Below, in pieces: positions 49,084-60,671 of a stretch of DNA of 64,000 nt. The notes below the pieces were generated by a model, which saw nothing but the letters and a program-made list of their open reading frames with translations, was not told the DNA's origin and did no database searches. Made by a program: the position numbers and the translations under genes. How positions within the stretch are numbered: position 1 is the stretch's first letter; the number at the start of each line of letters is the position of its first letter. Source of the DNA: an uncultured Candidatus Saccharibacteria bacterium (GTDB lineage Bacteria; Patescibacteriota; Minisyncoccia; SW-4-49-11); the NCBI GenBank assembly GCA_964633865.1, contig CAZWIJ010000002.1, positions 628 through 64,627 on the forward strand. The letters run 5' to 3'.

Positions 49084-49338
49084 TTATTTCTTTGCATGAG
49101 CAACAAATTTTCTTGTAGGAGCAAACTCACCCAACTTATGACCAACCATATCTTCTTGAATATAGACTGGAACATGTGTTCTCCCATTATGCACAGAAAA
49201 TGTATACCCTACCATCTCAGGACTTATTGTACTATGTCTAGCCCAAGTTTTAATAGGATCTCCTCCTGCTTTTCCTTTGGAAACTTTGACAAGTAATTTT
49301 TCATCTATAAATGGTCCTTTTTTAAGACTTCTTGACAT
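49084..49338 (-). CDS. rpsS: 30S ribosomal protein S19
   Basis: [19 protein letters not shown]. Confidence 0.97.
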   Translation of the reverse strand: MSRSLKKGPFIDEKLLVKVSKGKAGGDPIKTWARHSTISPEMVGYTFSVHNGRTHVPVYIQEDMVGHKLGEFAPTRKFVAHAKK

Positions 49339-49349
49339 ATTAAATTAAA

Positions 49350-50177
49350 TTACTTTCTTCTACTAATAATAAACTTGTTACTTGCTTTCTTCTTCTTTCT
49401 AGTTTTCTTACCTAAAGCAATTTTACCCCAAGGAGTTTTTGGTGATTTCAATCCAATAGGTTGTTTTCCTTCTCCTCCTCCATGTGGATGATCAACTGGG
49501 TTCATGGCACTACCTCTAACTGCAGGCCTTATACCTTTCCATCTATTTCTTCCAGCTTTACCAATATTTTCCAACATGTGAGCTTCATTACTAACTTTTC
49601 CTATACTTGCATAAACAGTTTTATGAACTTTTCTCACTTCTCCAGATGGCATTTTAACCAAAGCATACATACCTTCTACAGCTAACACCTGAGCTGAACT
49701 TCCAGCAGATCTTATTATTTGACCACCTTTTCCTGGAAATAATTCTAAGTTATAGATAGATGTACCTACAGGAATATTCTGAATCATAAGTCTATTACCT
49801 GTCTTTAATGGTGCATTTTCAGAAACAATAAGTCTATCTCCTACTTGCAAACCATTTGGAGCTAATATATAAGATTTTATTCCATCAGTGTAAGTAACAA
49901 GAGCTATAAAAGCTGATCTATTAGGATCATACTCAATTGATTTTACAATACATTCTATATCAATTTTCTTTTGCTTAAAATCAACTAGTCTGTACATCCT
50001 CTTATGTCCACCCCCTTTATGTCTAACAGTTATTATTCCTCTATTATTTCTACCAGAACCTTTTTTCAAAGGAGTCAAAAGACTTTTCTCTGGTTTAGAT
50101 TTGGTAATAACTTTATTATAATCTATCACTGAACTGTCTCTAGTTCCTGGTGTGATTGGTTTACGTTTTTTAATCAT
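49350..50177 (-). CDS. rplB: 50S ribosomal protein L2
   Basis: [21 protein letters not shown]. Confidence 0.97.
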   Translation of the reverse strand: MIKKRKPITPGTRDSSVIDYNKVITKSKPEKSLLTPLKKGSGRNNRGIITVRHKGGGHKRMYRLVDFKQKKIDIECIVKSIEYDPNRSAFIALVTYTDGIKSYILAPNGLQVGDRLIVSENAPLKTGNRLMIQNIPVGTSIYNLELFPGKGGQIIRSAGSSAQVLAVEGMYALVKMPSGEVRKVHKTVYASIGKVSNEAHMLENIGKAGRNRWKGIRPAVRGSAMNPVDHPHGGGEGKQPIGLKSPKTPWGKIALGKKTRKKKKASNKFIISRRK

Positions 50178-50180
50178 AAT

Positions 50181-50519
50181 CTATATATTGATGCTAAATC
50201 CTGGCTTAACAGATATAACTGCTTTCTTATATCGTGAGGTTTTTCCTTTTTTCCCTCTTACAAATGTATTTCTTGGTTTAGAAATAATAATATTAATACT
50301 ATCAATTTCAATAGAATATAAAGATTCTATTGCTTTCTTAATTTCAATCTTATTAGCTTCATTTGAAACTACAAATGTATACTGATTATTTTTAGTCAAA
50401 TGATATGTTTTTTCTGTAATTACAGGGAATTTAACTATCTGATAAGAGTGACTGTTATGATTAACTGTCTTTCCCTCAACTAAAGAATTATCATTATTTT
50501 TAACTGCTTCTTTACTCAT
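50181..50519 (-). CDS. rplW: 50S ribosomal protein L23
   Basis: PVITEK, ANK.EIK.A.E, YKKA. Confidence 0.93.
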   Translation of the reverse strand: MSKEAVKNNDNSLVEGKTVNHNSHSYQIVKFPVITEKTYHLTKNNQYTFVVSNEANKIEIKKAIESLYSIEIDSINIIISKPRNTFVRGKKGKTSRYKKAVISVKPGFSINI

Positions 50520-50529
50520 ATAATTTCAT

Positions 50530-51162
50530 TTATACTTTATAAGTATCTTTTATAACTTCTATTGATGGTACAGTCATAATAAGACTATTATATTTCAATA
50601 AATCTTCCACATTCAAAGAATTAGCTAAAATAACTTTAACATTTTGTAAATTACTAAATGTCTTTTCAACTAAATAATCCTTAGTACTCACCACTAAAAG
50701 TGTTTTCTCAGTATCTGATTTGACTACATTCTTTAATAATTCAATACCATCTTTTGTTTTTGGAGTAGATATGGAGATATCATCTACCAAATATAACTTA
50801 TTACTTATAATAAAATCTGACAACATCATAAACAAAGCTTTTCTCTTCATTTTTTTATTGATAGACACTGAATAATTTCTATCATTTCTTGGTCCAAAGG
50901 TTATTCCTCCTTTTCTCCAAATAGGAGATCTAGATGAACCATGTCTTGCTCTACCAGTACCTTTTTGCTTCCAAGGTTTCTTACCTCCTCCACTTACTTC
51001 CGCTTTAGTTTTGGTATGAGCTACTGGAGTTAATCTATTCAAAGATATAGCTCTTAATACTTGATGTACAAGGTCTGTGTTTAGTTCAACATCAAAAATA
51101 TACTTAGGTAAATCGTATTCACCATTCTTTTCTCCTTTTATTGTAAAAATATCCCATTTCAT
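50530..51162 (-). CDS. rplD: 50S ribosomal protein L4
   Basis: GGGKKPWKQKGTGRARHGS. Confidence 0.96.
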   Translation of the reverse strand: MKWDIFTIKGEKNGEYDLPKYIFDVELNTDLVHQVLRAISLNRLTPVAHTKTKAEVSGGGKKPWKQKGTGRARHGSSRSPIWRKGGITFGPRNDRNYSVSINKKMKRKALFMMLSDFIISNKLYLVDDISISTPKTKDGIELLKNVVKSDTEKTLLVVSTKDYLVEKTFSNLQNVKVILANSLNVEDLLKYNSLIMTVPSIEVIKDTYKV

Positions 51163-51178
51163 AATATTGCAAAAAACA

Positions 51179-51760
51179 TTACCCTATAATTTGTATAATT
51201 GAGCCTCTAGCTCCAGGAACAGGTCCTTTAATAACCAAAATGTTATTTTCTTGATCCAAAGATACAATTTTAACATTTTTTATACTTTGAGTAACTGACC
51301 CCATTTTCCCAGGCATTTTTCGACCTTTAAGAACATGTTGAGGAAATCCTGACCCAATAGATCCTCCAGCTCTTTCAACATGTTTTGTACCATGGGTTGC
51401 ATTAGCTCCATGAAATCCATGTCGCTTCACTACTCCTGCAAAACCCTTACCCTTTGATACAGATTTTAATGTAACTTTATCACCTACATTAAATTGAGTA
51501 ATTAAAAGTTCGTTTCCTTCATTAATTCCAGAGATATCTTTTACTCTAATTTCTTTTATAATAGAAGGTAAGATTTTATCTTTAACCTTTTTATCAAACT
51601 TTGCACCAGCTCTAACAGCTGTATAACCATTTTTTTCTTCAGAAAGAAGAGCGAATACTTTCACATCATCAAATAATTTGATTTTTGTGACAGGAATCAC
51701 ACGACCTTCATCACTAAAAATTTGGCTCATTTCTAATTTTTTTCCAAATAAAAACTTCAT
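51179..51760 (-). CDS. rplC: 50S ribosomal protein L3
   Basis: GKK..MSQ, SKGKGFAG, KG.VPG; start at MKFLFG. Confidence 0.95.
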   Translation of the reverse strand: MKFLFGKKLEMSQIFSDEGRVIPVTKIKLFDDVKVFALLSEEKNGYTAVRAGAKFDKKVKDKILPSIIKEIRVKDISGINEGNELLITQFNVGDKVTLKSVSKGKGFAGVVKRHGFHGANATHGTKHVERAGGSIGSGFPQHVLKGRKMPGKMGSVTQSIKNVKIVSLDQENNILVIKGPVPGARGSIIQIIG

Positions 51761-51784
51761 ATTCGCTCTATAAATCATTTATAA

Positions 51785-52117
51785 TTAATTTAGATACTTT
51801 ATGGATACATCTACCCCTACAGGTAAATTTAAATTCATAAGAGCATCTATTACTTTTGCACCCGGTTCAGAAATATCAACTAATCTTTTATGTATTCTCA
51901 TCTCAAATTGATCTCTTGAGTCTTTGTGAACAAAAGTAGATTTCAACACAGTATATTTTTTTATTTCAGTTGGAAGAGGAATTGGCCCTACCGCATCCGC
52001 TCCAAACTTCAATATAGTATTAACAATCTGTGAAGCTGACTGATCAACTAATTTGTGATCATAAGCTTTAATCTTAATTCTGATTCTAGATTTTAAATCT
52101 TCTTTCTTATTAGCCAT
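51785..52117 (-). CDS. rpsJ: 30S ribosomal protein S10
   Basis: [25 protein letters not shown]. Confidence 0.96.
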   Translation of the reverse strand: MANKKEDLKSRIRIKIKAYDHKLVDQSASQIVNTILKFGADAVGPIPLPTEIKKYTVLKSTFVHKDSRDQFEMRIHKRLVDISEPGAKVIDALMNLNLPVGVDVSIKYLN

Positions 52118-52125
52118 ATATAATA

Positions 52126-53322
52126 CTATTTTACAATTTTTGTAACAACACCTGCTCCAACAGTATGACCACCTTCTCTAATAGCAAATCTTTGTTGATC
52201 AGATAAAGCAATCGGGGATACTAACTTAACATTAACTGTAACAGTATCTCCAGGCATAACTAATTCAGATCCTGGTGCTAATGTTATTTCTCCAGTTACA
52301 TCGGTTGTTCTAATATAGAATTGTGGCTTATATCCAGATACGAATGGAGTATGTCTTCCTCCTTCTTCTTTTGTCAAAACATAAACTTCAGCTTCAAATT
52401 CTGTGTGTGGAGTTATAGAACCTGTTTTTGCTAAAACCTGACCTCTTTCAACATCATCTTTTTTAACACCTCTAAGTAATAATCCAACATTATCTCCAGC
52501 AATACCTGAGTCTAATAATTTATTAAACATCTCAACTCCTGTAACAACAGTTTTTGCAGTAGGTCTAATTCCAACAATTTCAACTTCTTCATTAACTTTA
52601 ACTGTTCCTTTTTCAATTCTTCCCGTAACAACAGTTCCTCTACCTTCAATTGAGAAAATATCTTCAATAGGCATCAAGAAATCTTGGTCAACATCTCTTT
52701 TTGGTTCTGGAATAGATTTATCTAATGCTTCAATAAGTTCTAGAATAGGTTTTGCAGCATCAGAATTAACATCTGTTGTTTCTACAGCTTTCAATGCTGA
52801 ACCTTTTACAATAGTAACATTATCTCCATCAAATTGATATTTTGATAACAATTCTCTTACTTCAGCTTCTACTAGCTCAACTAATTCAGGATCATCTACC
52901 ATATCTACTTTGTTTAAGAAAACAACGATTTCTGGTACACCAATTTGATTTGCTAACAAAATATGCTCTCTTGTTTGAGGCATAGGACCGTCAGCAGCTG
53001 AAACTACTAAAATAGCTCCATCCATTTGAGCAGCACCTGTAATCATGTTTTTGATATAGTCAGCATGACCTGGACAATCGATATGAGCATAGTGTCTTGT
53101 ATCTGATTCATACTCAACATGAGCAACAGAAATAGTAATTCCTCTTGCTTTTTCTTCTGGAGCAGCATCGATTTCATCTACTGCTTTTTTTGTAACAACA
53201 TTTCCTCTTAAGTTTAAAACATTAAGAATAGCTGCTGTTAAGGTTGTTTTTCCATGGTCTACATGACCAATAGTTCCTACATTAACATGTGGTTTTGTTC
53301 GTTCGTACTTTGCTGTTGCCAT
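52126..53322 (-). CDS. tuf: Elongation factor Tu
   Basis: [21 protein letters not shown]. Confidence 0.98.
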   Translation of the reverse strand: MATAKYERTKPHVNVGTIGHVDHGKTTLTAAILNVLNLRGNVVTKKAVDEIDAAPEEKARGITISVAHVEYESDTRHYAHIDCPGHADYIKNMITGAAQMDGAILVVSAADGPMPQTREHILLANQIGVPEIVVFLNKVDMVDDPELVELVEAEVRELLSKYQFDGDNVTIVKGSALKAVETTDVNSDAAKPILELIEALDKSIPEPKRDVDQDFLMPIEDIFSIEGRGTVVTGRIEKGTVKVNEEVEIVGIRPTAKTVVTGVEMFNKLLDSGIAGDNVGLLLRGVKKDDVERGQVLAKTGSITPHTEFEAEVYVLTKEEGGRHTPFVSGYKPQFYIRTTDVTGEITLAPGSELVMPGDTVTVNVKLVSPIALSDQQRFAIREGGHTVGAGVVTKIVK

Positions 53323-53428
53323 AATATGTATTTAATTGTACTTATATTTTATAAATAAAAGTCTTGTTTAACAGAAATTAATATAGAAACAATTATATTA
53401 TTTTATTCTACTAAACTAACTAGGATTA

Positions 53429-53457
53429 ATTGTAACCTAATTTTACAAATCAGTCAA
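53429..53457 (-). promoter_or_regulatory. Promoter of tuf-S10 operon
   Basis: TTGACT-N17-TACAAT. Confidence 0.55.
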
Positions 53458-53487
53458 GTATTTATGATTTAAAATTCATTTATATAC

Positions 53488-54291
53488 TTAATTATAATAA
53501 TTTGAGCTATTTGATATATCTGATTCCGTTTTAATATTGTATCTTTTTTTAATATTTGATGGAGAATTATGGTTCCATGAAGCTATACTTATTAATATAT
53601 TCAGAAATACTGCCAAAAACTCTACGACTATTTTAATTGCTCCATGAAAACTTTCTTTAAGATGATTCTCTGTATACATATCATTTATAGTATTATTTGT
53701 TTTTAATAAATCTATTTGATGAGCTGTGTTTCTAACAAAAACCCAGATAAAAAATATTGAGATTAAATGTATGAAAATATTTTTATCATTATAATAATTA
53801 AAAAATATTGTAGTAATAATCAATGGTATTCCTATACCAAACATATATTCTTTCTTATATAATATATTATTCTTTATAAAAATAAAAAATATAGATAATA
53901 AATATCCAAAAGCCAATATAAAACAAAGGTAACTCACTATATTAGATTTTGTTAAAAAAAGCAGTAATGTTAAGTTTACTCCTATTGTTAAGGTTGATAA
54001 AAAGAAAAAAAACAACATCGTAAAAAACCAATTAAAATATTGGACTATATTTGTAATATTTAATGTTAATGGAATTAAAATATGATCAAGAAAAAAAATA
54101 AGGTATACCAAACTAGAACTAGTTAATTCACCTCTATATCTAGTTTTTGTATCTAAAAAATTTAAAAAATCAAAGTTATTCATAAGATAATAGGAAACTA
54201 ATCCAGAGAGAATCATAGCTAGAAACATCCAAATATACACTTTGACAAAATAATCTCTATTATCATGTTTTTCTACAGTTAAAAAATCCAT
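53488..54291 (-). CDS. Divergent Bax inhibitor-1/YccA-like membrane protein
   Basis: F.KVY.WM, about 7 TMs, TA.QI..LK, GA.....F...FL.IL. Confidence 0.55.
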   Translation of the reverse strand: MDFLTVEKHDNRDYFVKVYIWMFLAMILSGLVSYYLMNNFDFLNFLDTKTRYRGELTSSSLVYLIFFLDHILIPLTLNITNIVQYFNWFFTMLFFFFLSTLTIGVNLTLLLFLTKSNIVSYLCFILAFGYLLSIFFIFIKNNILYKKEYMFGIGIPLIITTIFFNYYNDKNIFIHLISIFFIWVFVRNTAHQIDLLKTNNTINDMYTENHLKESFHGAIKIVVEFLAVFLNILISIASWNHNSPSNIKKRYNIKTESDISNSSNYYN

Positions 54292-54300
54292 ACTACAACT

Positions 54301-54984
54301 TTAAATTAATCTTTTTTCTATCTTATTTGTATTTTTGTTATACTCTAATACTACTGGAACTCCAAATTCTATATGTTCATTTATTGTATCTTCTGGAGAA
54401 AGGTCATTAATATATTGCATAAAGACTCTAAATGTATCTTCATGAATAGAAATTAAAATTTTTTTATCATCTTCTAATAGAGGAACACATATTTCTTGAA
54501 AAAATGCTACTATTCTTTTTTTTACATCCTCTATACTTTCTCCTAAAGTATCAAGATCAGTACATTTTGAATATCTATAGCTATTTTTAGGATTCCTTTC
54601 ATCTGATTCATTCAATAATGGAGGTTTTTCAAAAAAGTCATTTTGTATCTTATCTATCTTATCTTTTCCGTACAAACCTATAGATTCTTCTAAAGTTAAC
54701 CCTTGCAAAACTCCATAATGCCTTGGATTTAACCTCCAATCTCTGATCTCATCTATCCATATTAAATTCATACTTTCGATAACTTCCCATCCACTTATAA
54801 TTGATCTTTGTAGATAAGATGTAATTAAAACATCAAATTTATACAAATCATTAAGAAGTTTTGATCCAAGAGTTGTAAGCTGTATCTTTGCATTATTATC
54901 AAGTGGAATATCATCCCATCCATTAAATCTTTTTTCTTGACTTAAAATACTATTCCCATGACGAATAAAAACTATTTTCGGCAT
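54301..54984 (-). CDS. dPGM-like phosphoglycerate mutase paralog, degenerate active site
   Basis: RHG retained; RLNPRHYG (E->P) and IHED in place of AHGN. Confidence 0.75.
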   Translation of the reverse strand: MPKIVFIRHGNSILSQEKRFNGWDDIPLDNNAKIQLTTLGSKLLNDLYKFDVLITSYLQRSIISGWEVIESMNLIWIDEIRDWRLNPRHYGVLQGLTLEESIGLYGKDKIDKIQNDFFEKPPLLNESDERNPKNSYRYSKCTDLDTLGESIEDVKKRIVAFFQEICVPLLEDDKKILISIHEDTFRVFMQYINDLSPEDTINEHIEFGVPVVLEYNKNTNKIEKRLI

Positions 54985-54986
54985 AT

Positions 54987-55745
54987 CTATTTTTTTAATT
55001 TATTAAGGAAGGAAAACCATCCATTTGATTCTTGAACACTTTTTAGTGAATCTTTTAAATAATATTTTTTCACTACTTTTAATGAGTTTTTATCTAACTC
55101 ATATACTAATGGTTGCCCAGTTGGTATTTCTAAATTTATAATCTTCTCATCAGACATATTTTCTATGTTTTTTACTAAAGCTCTTAGACTATTTCCATGA
55201 GCTGCTATTAAGATTTTTTTTCCTGATTTTATAGCTGGCTTTAATTCTTCTTCCCAATAAGGTAAAACTCTCAACAAACAATCTGACAATGATTCTCCTA
55301 TTGGCAAATCTTTATCAGATACATTTTTATATCTAATATCTTTACCTGGATGTCTAGAATCATATAATGACAATAATGGTGGCCTTACTATTGAGTCTCT
55401 TCGCCATATTTTAACTTCTTCTTCACCAAATTCCTCAATTGACTCCTCTTTATTTCTACCTTGCAATGCTCCATAATGCCTTTCATTTAATCTCCAACTT
55501 TTTACTATAGGTAAATATGTCATTTCAGAAGACTTCAAAAGATATTGAGAGGTCTTAATAGCTCTTTTTAAAACCGATGTATAGACTATATCAAATTTCA
55601 ATCCTTTTTCTTTTACTAATAGACCAGCGTTATGAGCTTCTTGCACACCCTGCTCTGACAAATCAACATCAGACCACCCAGTAAATCTATCTAATCTATT
55701 CCATATACTTTCTCCATGTCTAATTAGAACTAATTTATATGTCAT
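54987..55745 (-). CDS. gpmA: 2,3-BPG-dependent phosphoglycerate mutase
   Basis: LIRHGES.WN, FTGW.DV, RLNERHYG.LQG, AHGNSLR. Confidence 0.95.
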   Translation of the reverse strand: MTYKLVLIRHGESIWNRLDRFTGWSDVDLSEQGVQEAHNAGLLVKEKGLKFDIVYTSVLKRAIKTSQYLLKSSEMTYLPIVKSWRLNERHYGALQGRNKEESIEEFGEEEVKIWRRDSIVRPPLLSLYDSRHPGKDIRYKNVSDKDLPIGESLSDCLLRVLPYWEEELKPAIKSGKKILIAAHGNSLRALVKNIENMSDEKIINLEIPTGQPLVYELDKNSLKVVKKYYLKDSLKSVQESNGWFSFLNKLKK

Positions 55746-55754
55746 GTTTTTTAA

Positions 55755-56837
55755 TTATTCCACTAATGATTCTTCTGCTATCACATCTTCTTCATTATTA
55801 TCTATAGATACGGGAGATACAACTATACTAGCTTCTTTTACTTTTTCGTATAAAGTATTAAACATTTCTCTATTTTCTTTTAGGTTTTTTCTAGCAGCTT
55901 CTAATCCTTGACCAACAGTATTTCCTTCTAAATCTTTGATATATGCTCCACTTTTTTTCAATAAACCTAATTTGATTGCTATACTAATTAAATCAGCTTC
56001 AAGAGAAACACCTTCATTATACATAATATCAAATTCTGCGACCTTGAATGGAGCTGCAACTTTATTTTTAACAATTTTTGCTTTGGTTCTTGCTCCTATA
56101 ATCTCTTCACCCTTTTTAACTTGAGCTATTCTTTTGATTTCAATTCTAACTGATGAATAAAATTTCAAAGCCTTTCCTCCTGGGGTTTCTACTGGTGAAC
56201 CATATCCCATCATTCCTATTTTCATTCTAACTTGATTTGTAAAAATAATTGTGGTATTTGCTTTGGCAGATATAGCAGTTAATTTTCTTAAAGCTTGAGA
56301 CATAAGTCTTGCTTGTATTGCAACATGAGAATCCCCCATATCTCCTTCTATTTCAGCTTTAGGAACAATAGCAGCTACGGAGTCAACAACAATAACATCT
56401 ACACTTCCAGTTTTTACCAAAGTCTCAACAATTGACAGAGCTTCTTCTCCTGTATTTGGCTGTGAGATCAATAAATCATTTACATTTACTCCTAATTTTC
56501 TTGAATATTCTGGATCTAATGCATGTTCGGTATCAATAAAAGCAGCTACACCACCTTCTTTTTGAGCATTAGCAATAACTTGTAAACAAATTGTTGTCTT
56601 ACCACTAGATTCTGGTCCATAGATTTCAATTATTCTTCCTTGAGGAATTCCTCCTACACCTAATGCTGCATCAAGGGATATTGAACCTGTAGAATAAGCT
56701 TTTATATCAACTTTCTTTACTTCTCCTAATTTCATCATTGATTCATCTCCAAATTGAGATTTAATTTGATCTAGGACTGACTGTATTTTATCTTCTCTAG
56801 AATCTGATTTTGTATCAACTTTCTTTACTTTAGCCAT
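55755..56837 (-). CDS. recA: Recombinase RecA
   Basis: [33 protein letters not shown]. Confidence 0.97.
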   Translation of the reverse strand: MAKVKKVDTKSDSREDKIQSVLDQIKSQFGDESMMKLGEVKKVDIKAYSTGSISLDAALGVGGIPQGRIIEIYGPESSGKTTICLQVIANAQKEGGVAAFIDTEHALDPEYSRKLGVNVNDLLISQPNTGEEALSIVETLVKTGSVDVIVVDSVAAIVPKAEIEGDMGDSHVAIQARLMSQALRKLTAISAKANTTIIFTNQVRMKIGMMGYGSPVETPGGKALKFYSSVRIEIKRIAQVKKGEEIIGARTKAKIVKNKVAAPFKVAEFDIMYNEGVSLEADLISIAIKLGLLKKSGAYIKDLEGNTVGQGLEAARKNLKENREMFNTLYEKVKEASIVVSPVSIDNNEEDVIAEESLVE

Positions 56838-56949
56838 ATCTATAAATTTAAATTGTAATTATTTTAATTATACCATTATTTAGTATTCTATTCAATCAAG
56901 AAAATTTATTTTAATTATGCAAATAGCCTAATTTTACTTTTTAGGTAAT

Positions 56950-57276
56950 TTATATTTTTAATCCTTTTGCTTTATTTGATGCGATAATTTTAATTTGGTT
57001 TAGAATCTCAGTTTCAGAATCTTTTTCTCCAATCTTATTTTTTTTCTCTATACCACAAATTTGACACTTATGAATTATTGAGTCTACAAAACCATTCTTA
57101 AAAAGAAATTCTACTGGTTTCATTTTACCTAAACAGGTATTCTCTCTATCTCCAGGATTATTATCTACATGTAAAGACCATAGACATACAGGACAATGAT
57201 TAGTATACCCATTTCCTTCAACAAAATTTCCACAATTTGTACAAGAAAAAGATTCAATTTTTCTTACAAATGACAT
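56950..57276 (-). CDS. RNHCP-domain zinc-ribbon protein
   Basis: F.C..CG, TNHCP.CLWS.HVD..PGDR...C, H.C..CG. Confidence 0.85.
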   Translation of the reverse strand: MSFVRKIESFSCTNCGNFVEGNGYTNHCPVCLWSLHVDNNPGDRENTCLGKMKPVEFLFKNGFVDSIIHKCQICGIEKKNKIGEKDSETEILNQIKIIASNKAKGLKI

Positions 57277-57277
57277 T

Positions 57278-58444
57278 TTAATAATCTTTTAGTTTTTTTA
57301 TATTTAGATGATATCTAATTTTTTCTAATGCCTTCACTTCAATTTGTCTAATCCTTTCTCTTGTAACACCAAACTCTGCACCTACTTCTTCTAAAGTATG
57401 TGTAATACCATCTTCCAATCCAAACCTCATTTTTAATATTTTTTGCTCTCTACTGTTTAAATCATCTAGAATTTCATTTAGATGAATTCGTAATAAATTC
57501 CTACTAGCCATTTGAGTTGGACTCAAAGATTCCATATCTTCAATAAAATCTCCTAATGAACTTCCTTCGTCACTATCACCAACCGGGGATTGTAATGAAA
57601 TTGTATCTTGGTTTATTTTTATTATTTGATGAACTTTTTCTATCTCCATATCCATCTCGGCAGCAATTTCTTCTGGCAAAGGTTCTCTACCTAATTCTTG
57701 TACAAGAGTTCTTACTACCTGAGTATATCTATTAATAGTTTCTACCATATGAACAGGAATCCTAATTGTTCTTGCTTGGTCTGCTAATGCTCTTGTAATA
57801 GACTGTCTTATCCACCAAGTAGCATAAGTTGAAAATTTAAATCCTTTAGAATAATCAAACTTATCTATTGCTTTAAATAAACCAAGATTACCTTCTTGAA
57901 TTAAATCTAGAAGACTTAAACTAGAACTTCTACCAACATACTTTTTAGCAATAGAGACAACTAATCTCAAGTTAGCTTCAGCCAATTCTTGTTTTGCAGA
58001 ATCATCTCCAGACAAAATTCTTTTAGACAATGATATCTCCTTATCTTTGTTAATCAGTGGTATATTACCAATCTCTTTTAAATACATTTGTACTGGATCA
58101 GATAATTCTTCCTCCCACTTCTCTTTTGTTTTAACAGCATCAAAGCTATCCAAACTACCTTCTGTAACTCCAGTCAAAAACTCCAATGATTCTTTAACTT
58201 TTATCCCTTCTTTTCCTAATCTATCATAAATTTCTTCTAATAATTCTATATCATCTTCTAATTGCGGAACAGCATACATTATTTCTGTATCAGAAACAAA
58301 TCCTCTAGATCTACCTTGTTTTATTAAAGATTTAATTGCTGGTTCTAATTTTGCTGGTATCTTAACAGTTTTTTGGGTAAGATCTGGCATAATATCTGGA
58401 TTAACATCCAAATCATTATCATTGATTTCCTCTTGATTTGACAT
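57278..58444 (-). CDS. rpoD: Primary RNA polymerase sigma factor
   Basis: [42 protein letters not shown]. Confidence 0.96.
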   Translation of the reverse strand: MSNQEEINDNDLDVNPDIMPDLTQKTVKIPAKLEPAIKSLIKQGRSRGFVSDTEIMYAVPQLEDDIELLEEIYDRLGKEGIKVKESLEFLTGVTEGSLDSFDAVKTKEKWEEELSDPVQMYLKEIGNIPLINKDKEISLSKRILSGDDSAKQELAEANLRLVVSIAKKYVGRSSSLSLLDLIQEGNLGLFKAIDKFDYSKGFKFSTYATWWIRQSITRALADQARTIRIPVHMVETINRYTQVVRTLVQELGREPLPEEIAAEMDMEIEKVHQIIKINQDTISLQSPVGDSDEGSSLGDFIEDMESLSPTQMASRNLLRIHLNEILDDLNSREQKILKMRFGLEDGITHTLEEVGAEFGVTRERIRQIEVKALEKIRYHLNIKKLKDY

Positions 58445-58451
58445 AAAAAAT

Positions 58452-60203
58452 TTACTTAGAGCTTATAATCTGGATTTTGTTCAAAATTTCTTTTACTTTT
58501 TCATTATCATTATTTAACTTAGACTCTTTTAATTGCTTTCTTAAAGAATTTATAACTGATCTCTTAAAATGACTTTTTAGTAAATTAATAGATTCTAAAA
58601 GAGTTTGAGAAATATCATCTTGTGTGAAATTATTTTCTTGAATTTCTTTTTGTACTTCAAAGTAAATATTTTCTAGCTCTTTTTTTTCTTCTTCTATTAA
58701 TTGATTTGATATTTTATCAAATGTAATGCTTTTGTCTTCTGACAAAATTTTTATAATTTTTGTGAATATTGTTCTTAGTAAATCGTTATTAAAAACAAAA
58801 CTCTCTAATTCTAGTATATCATTATTTTTAGAATTGAAAAGTGTATAACCTATAATTAGTCTCTGGAGTTTTAACATAGGTGATTCTTTTGGCTTAGATA
58901 CAACGAATTTTGTATTTGTATTTTTAAGTAAAGAATAAATTGTTTTCTCAGATAAATTCAGTTTATCAGCAAATTTTCTGACATAAATATCTTGCTGACT
59001 TTTATTCAAAATATCTTGTATAAAGTCAACTCCTTGTAATAAAATTTTTTCACTTATTATGGGATTTTTTGTGTCCGCATTTTGGGTTATATATTCTATA
59101 TAATAATCCATAAAATCAATTGCCTCACTAGCCATATAACCCCACTCGGAAGGTGAGTTTAATACAATATCTGCAGTATCTTTCCCAGTATTAATTGGGA
59201 TTACTTTTACTATTCCTCCATGTTTTAAAATTAATTTGGTTGATCTAATACAAGCATTTAGTCCCGCTTCATCATTGTCAAAAGCTAAGAGGTAATTTTT
59301 TGTATATCGATTAATGATTTTAATATGCTTTTCTGTAAGAGCAGTCCCTGAGACACCTATAGTTTCAATAACACCAGCTTGATGAGACATAATTACATCC
59401 ATTTGCCCTTCCACCAAAACAACTCTATCTTTTTCTTTGATAGCTAATTTAGATTCAGATAAACCAAATAACAAACTTCCTTTATCGAATAATTTACTTT
59501 GCGGAGAATTTATATATTTACCCATTTTTTTATCATCAAATTCTGGCAAAACCCTTCCCGTAAAACCAACCGGCCTACCTAAAGAATCTTTAATTGGAAT
59601 CATTATTCTTCCTCTGAATCTATCATACACTTTCCCATTTTGACTTTTAAGGCTAATTCCTGATTCTAATAAAGAGTTCTGATTCACTTTTTTGGATAAT
59701 AGAGCTTTTGTTATTGATTCGAAATTGTTAAGAGCAAATCCTATTTCAAATTTTTTGACCATTTCAGGAGATATTCCCCTACTTTGGATATATTGTCTTG
59801 CTATTTCACCGTATTTTTCATGCGATAAAATTTTTTGATAAAATTTACTAGCAAAATTTATAATTTTGAATAAATCTTGTTTATTATCTTCTGTAGTATT
59901 TTTTTTATTATAAGAATTATTTTCTAGCCTAACTCCAGCTTTATCAGCTAAAATTTGCAATGCTTCTCTAAAATTTACTCCTTCTATTTCCATTATAAAA
60001 GTGAACATATCCCCTACTTTATCTCCTCCAAAATCTTTGAATATTTGTAATTCTGGATTTACCATAAATGAAGGTGTCCTCTCACTTCTAAAGGGAGATA
60101 GTGCTCTATAATTGCTACCTGCTTTGGTTAATGTAATGTATTCTCCTATAATATCTACAATATCTAGTTTTGACTTAATTTCTTGTACTATATTGTCTTG
60201 CAT
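58452..60203 (-). CDS. dnaG: DNA primase
   Basis: [38 protein letters not shown]. Confidence 0.95.
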   Translation of the reverse strand: MQDNIVQEIKSKLDIVDIIGEYITLTKAGSNYRALSPFRSERTPSFMVNPELQIFKDFGGDKVGDMFTFIMEIEGVNFREALQILADKAGVRLENNSYNKKNTTEDNKQDLFKIINFASKFYQKILSHEKYGEIARQYIQSRGISPEMVKKFEIGFALNNFESITKALLSKKVNQNSLLESGISLKSQNGKVYDRFRGRIMIPIKDSLGRPVGFTGRVLPEFDDKKMGKYINSPQSKLFDKGSLLFGLSESKLAIKEKDRVVLVEGQMDVIMSHQAGVIETIGVSGTALTEKHIKIINRYTKNYLLAFDNDEAGLNACIRSTKLILKHGGIVKVIPINTGKDTADIVLNSPSEWGYMASEAIDFMDYYIEYITQNADTKNPIISEKILLQGVDFIQDILNKSQQDIYVRKFADKLNLSEKTIYSLLKNTNTKFVVSKPKESPMLKLQRLIIGYTLFNSKNNDILELESFVFNNDLLRTIFTKIIKILSEDKSITFDKISNQLIEEEKKELENIYFEVQKEIQENNFTQDDISQTLLESINLLKSHFKRSVINSLRKQLKESKLNNDNEKVKEILNKIQIISSK

Positions 60204-60264
60204 CTTTGAAGCTAGTTTAAGTATGTTTTATATGTCTATTATATCAGGCTATTGAAGGTTTATC

Positions 60265-60450
60265 AAATAAAGTACTCTCTTTTTTCTTCTAACTTTATAT
60301 TAGGATTATTATTAACTTGGTCTAAATATTGTTGTTCTGCTTGATAAGAAAAAATTTGGTATATCCATAAAAAGATATTAGTAAAACTAAAGTTAATATT
60401 ACTAAAATTGTTACTATCTTTAATATTCTTTTTAAAATTTTGTTTTGCAT
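60265..60450 (-). pseudogene. Possible remnant of a membrane-anchored protein gene
   Basis: MQNKILKRILKIVTILVILTLVLLISFYGYTKFF reads on as SYQAEQQYLDQVNNNPNIKLEEKREYFI after a shift in a T6 run. Confidence 0.3.
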
Positions 60451-60671
60451 AGGATTTATAGTTATTGATTATCTTCTATTCATTGATTTCACACCGTTGT
60501 ATTAGATTTCTGAAGAGAAGGTTACATTATACATACTTGTTATTTTGACTTACATTTTATTTATAACACATATTGATTTTTCTTTCAATCTAAACATATA
60601 TTTATTAATTTATATTGTTTTTATTTTTCACCTATGTTATTATAATTATGTTCTTTATGAAATTTAAAGTG

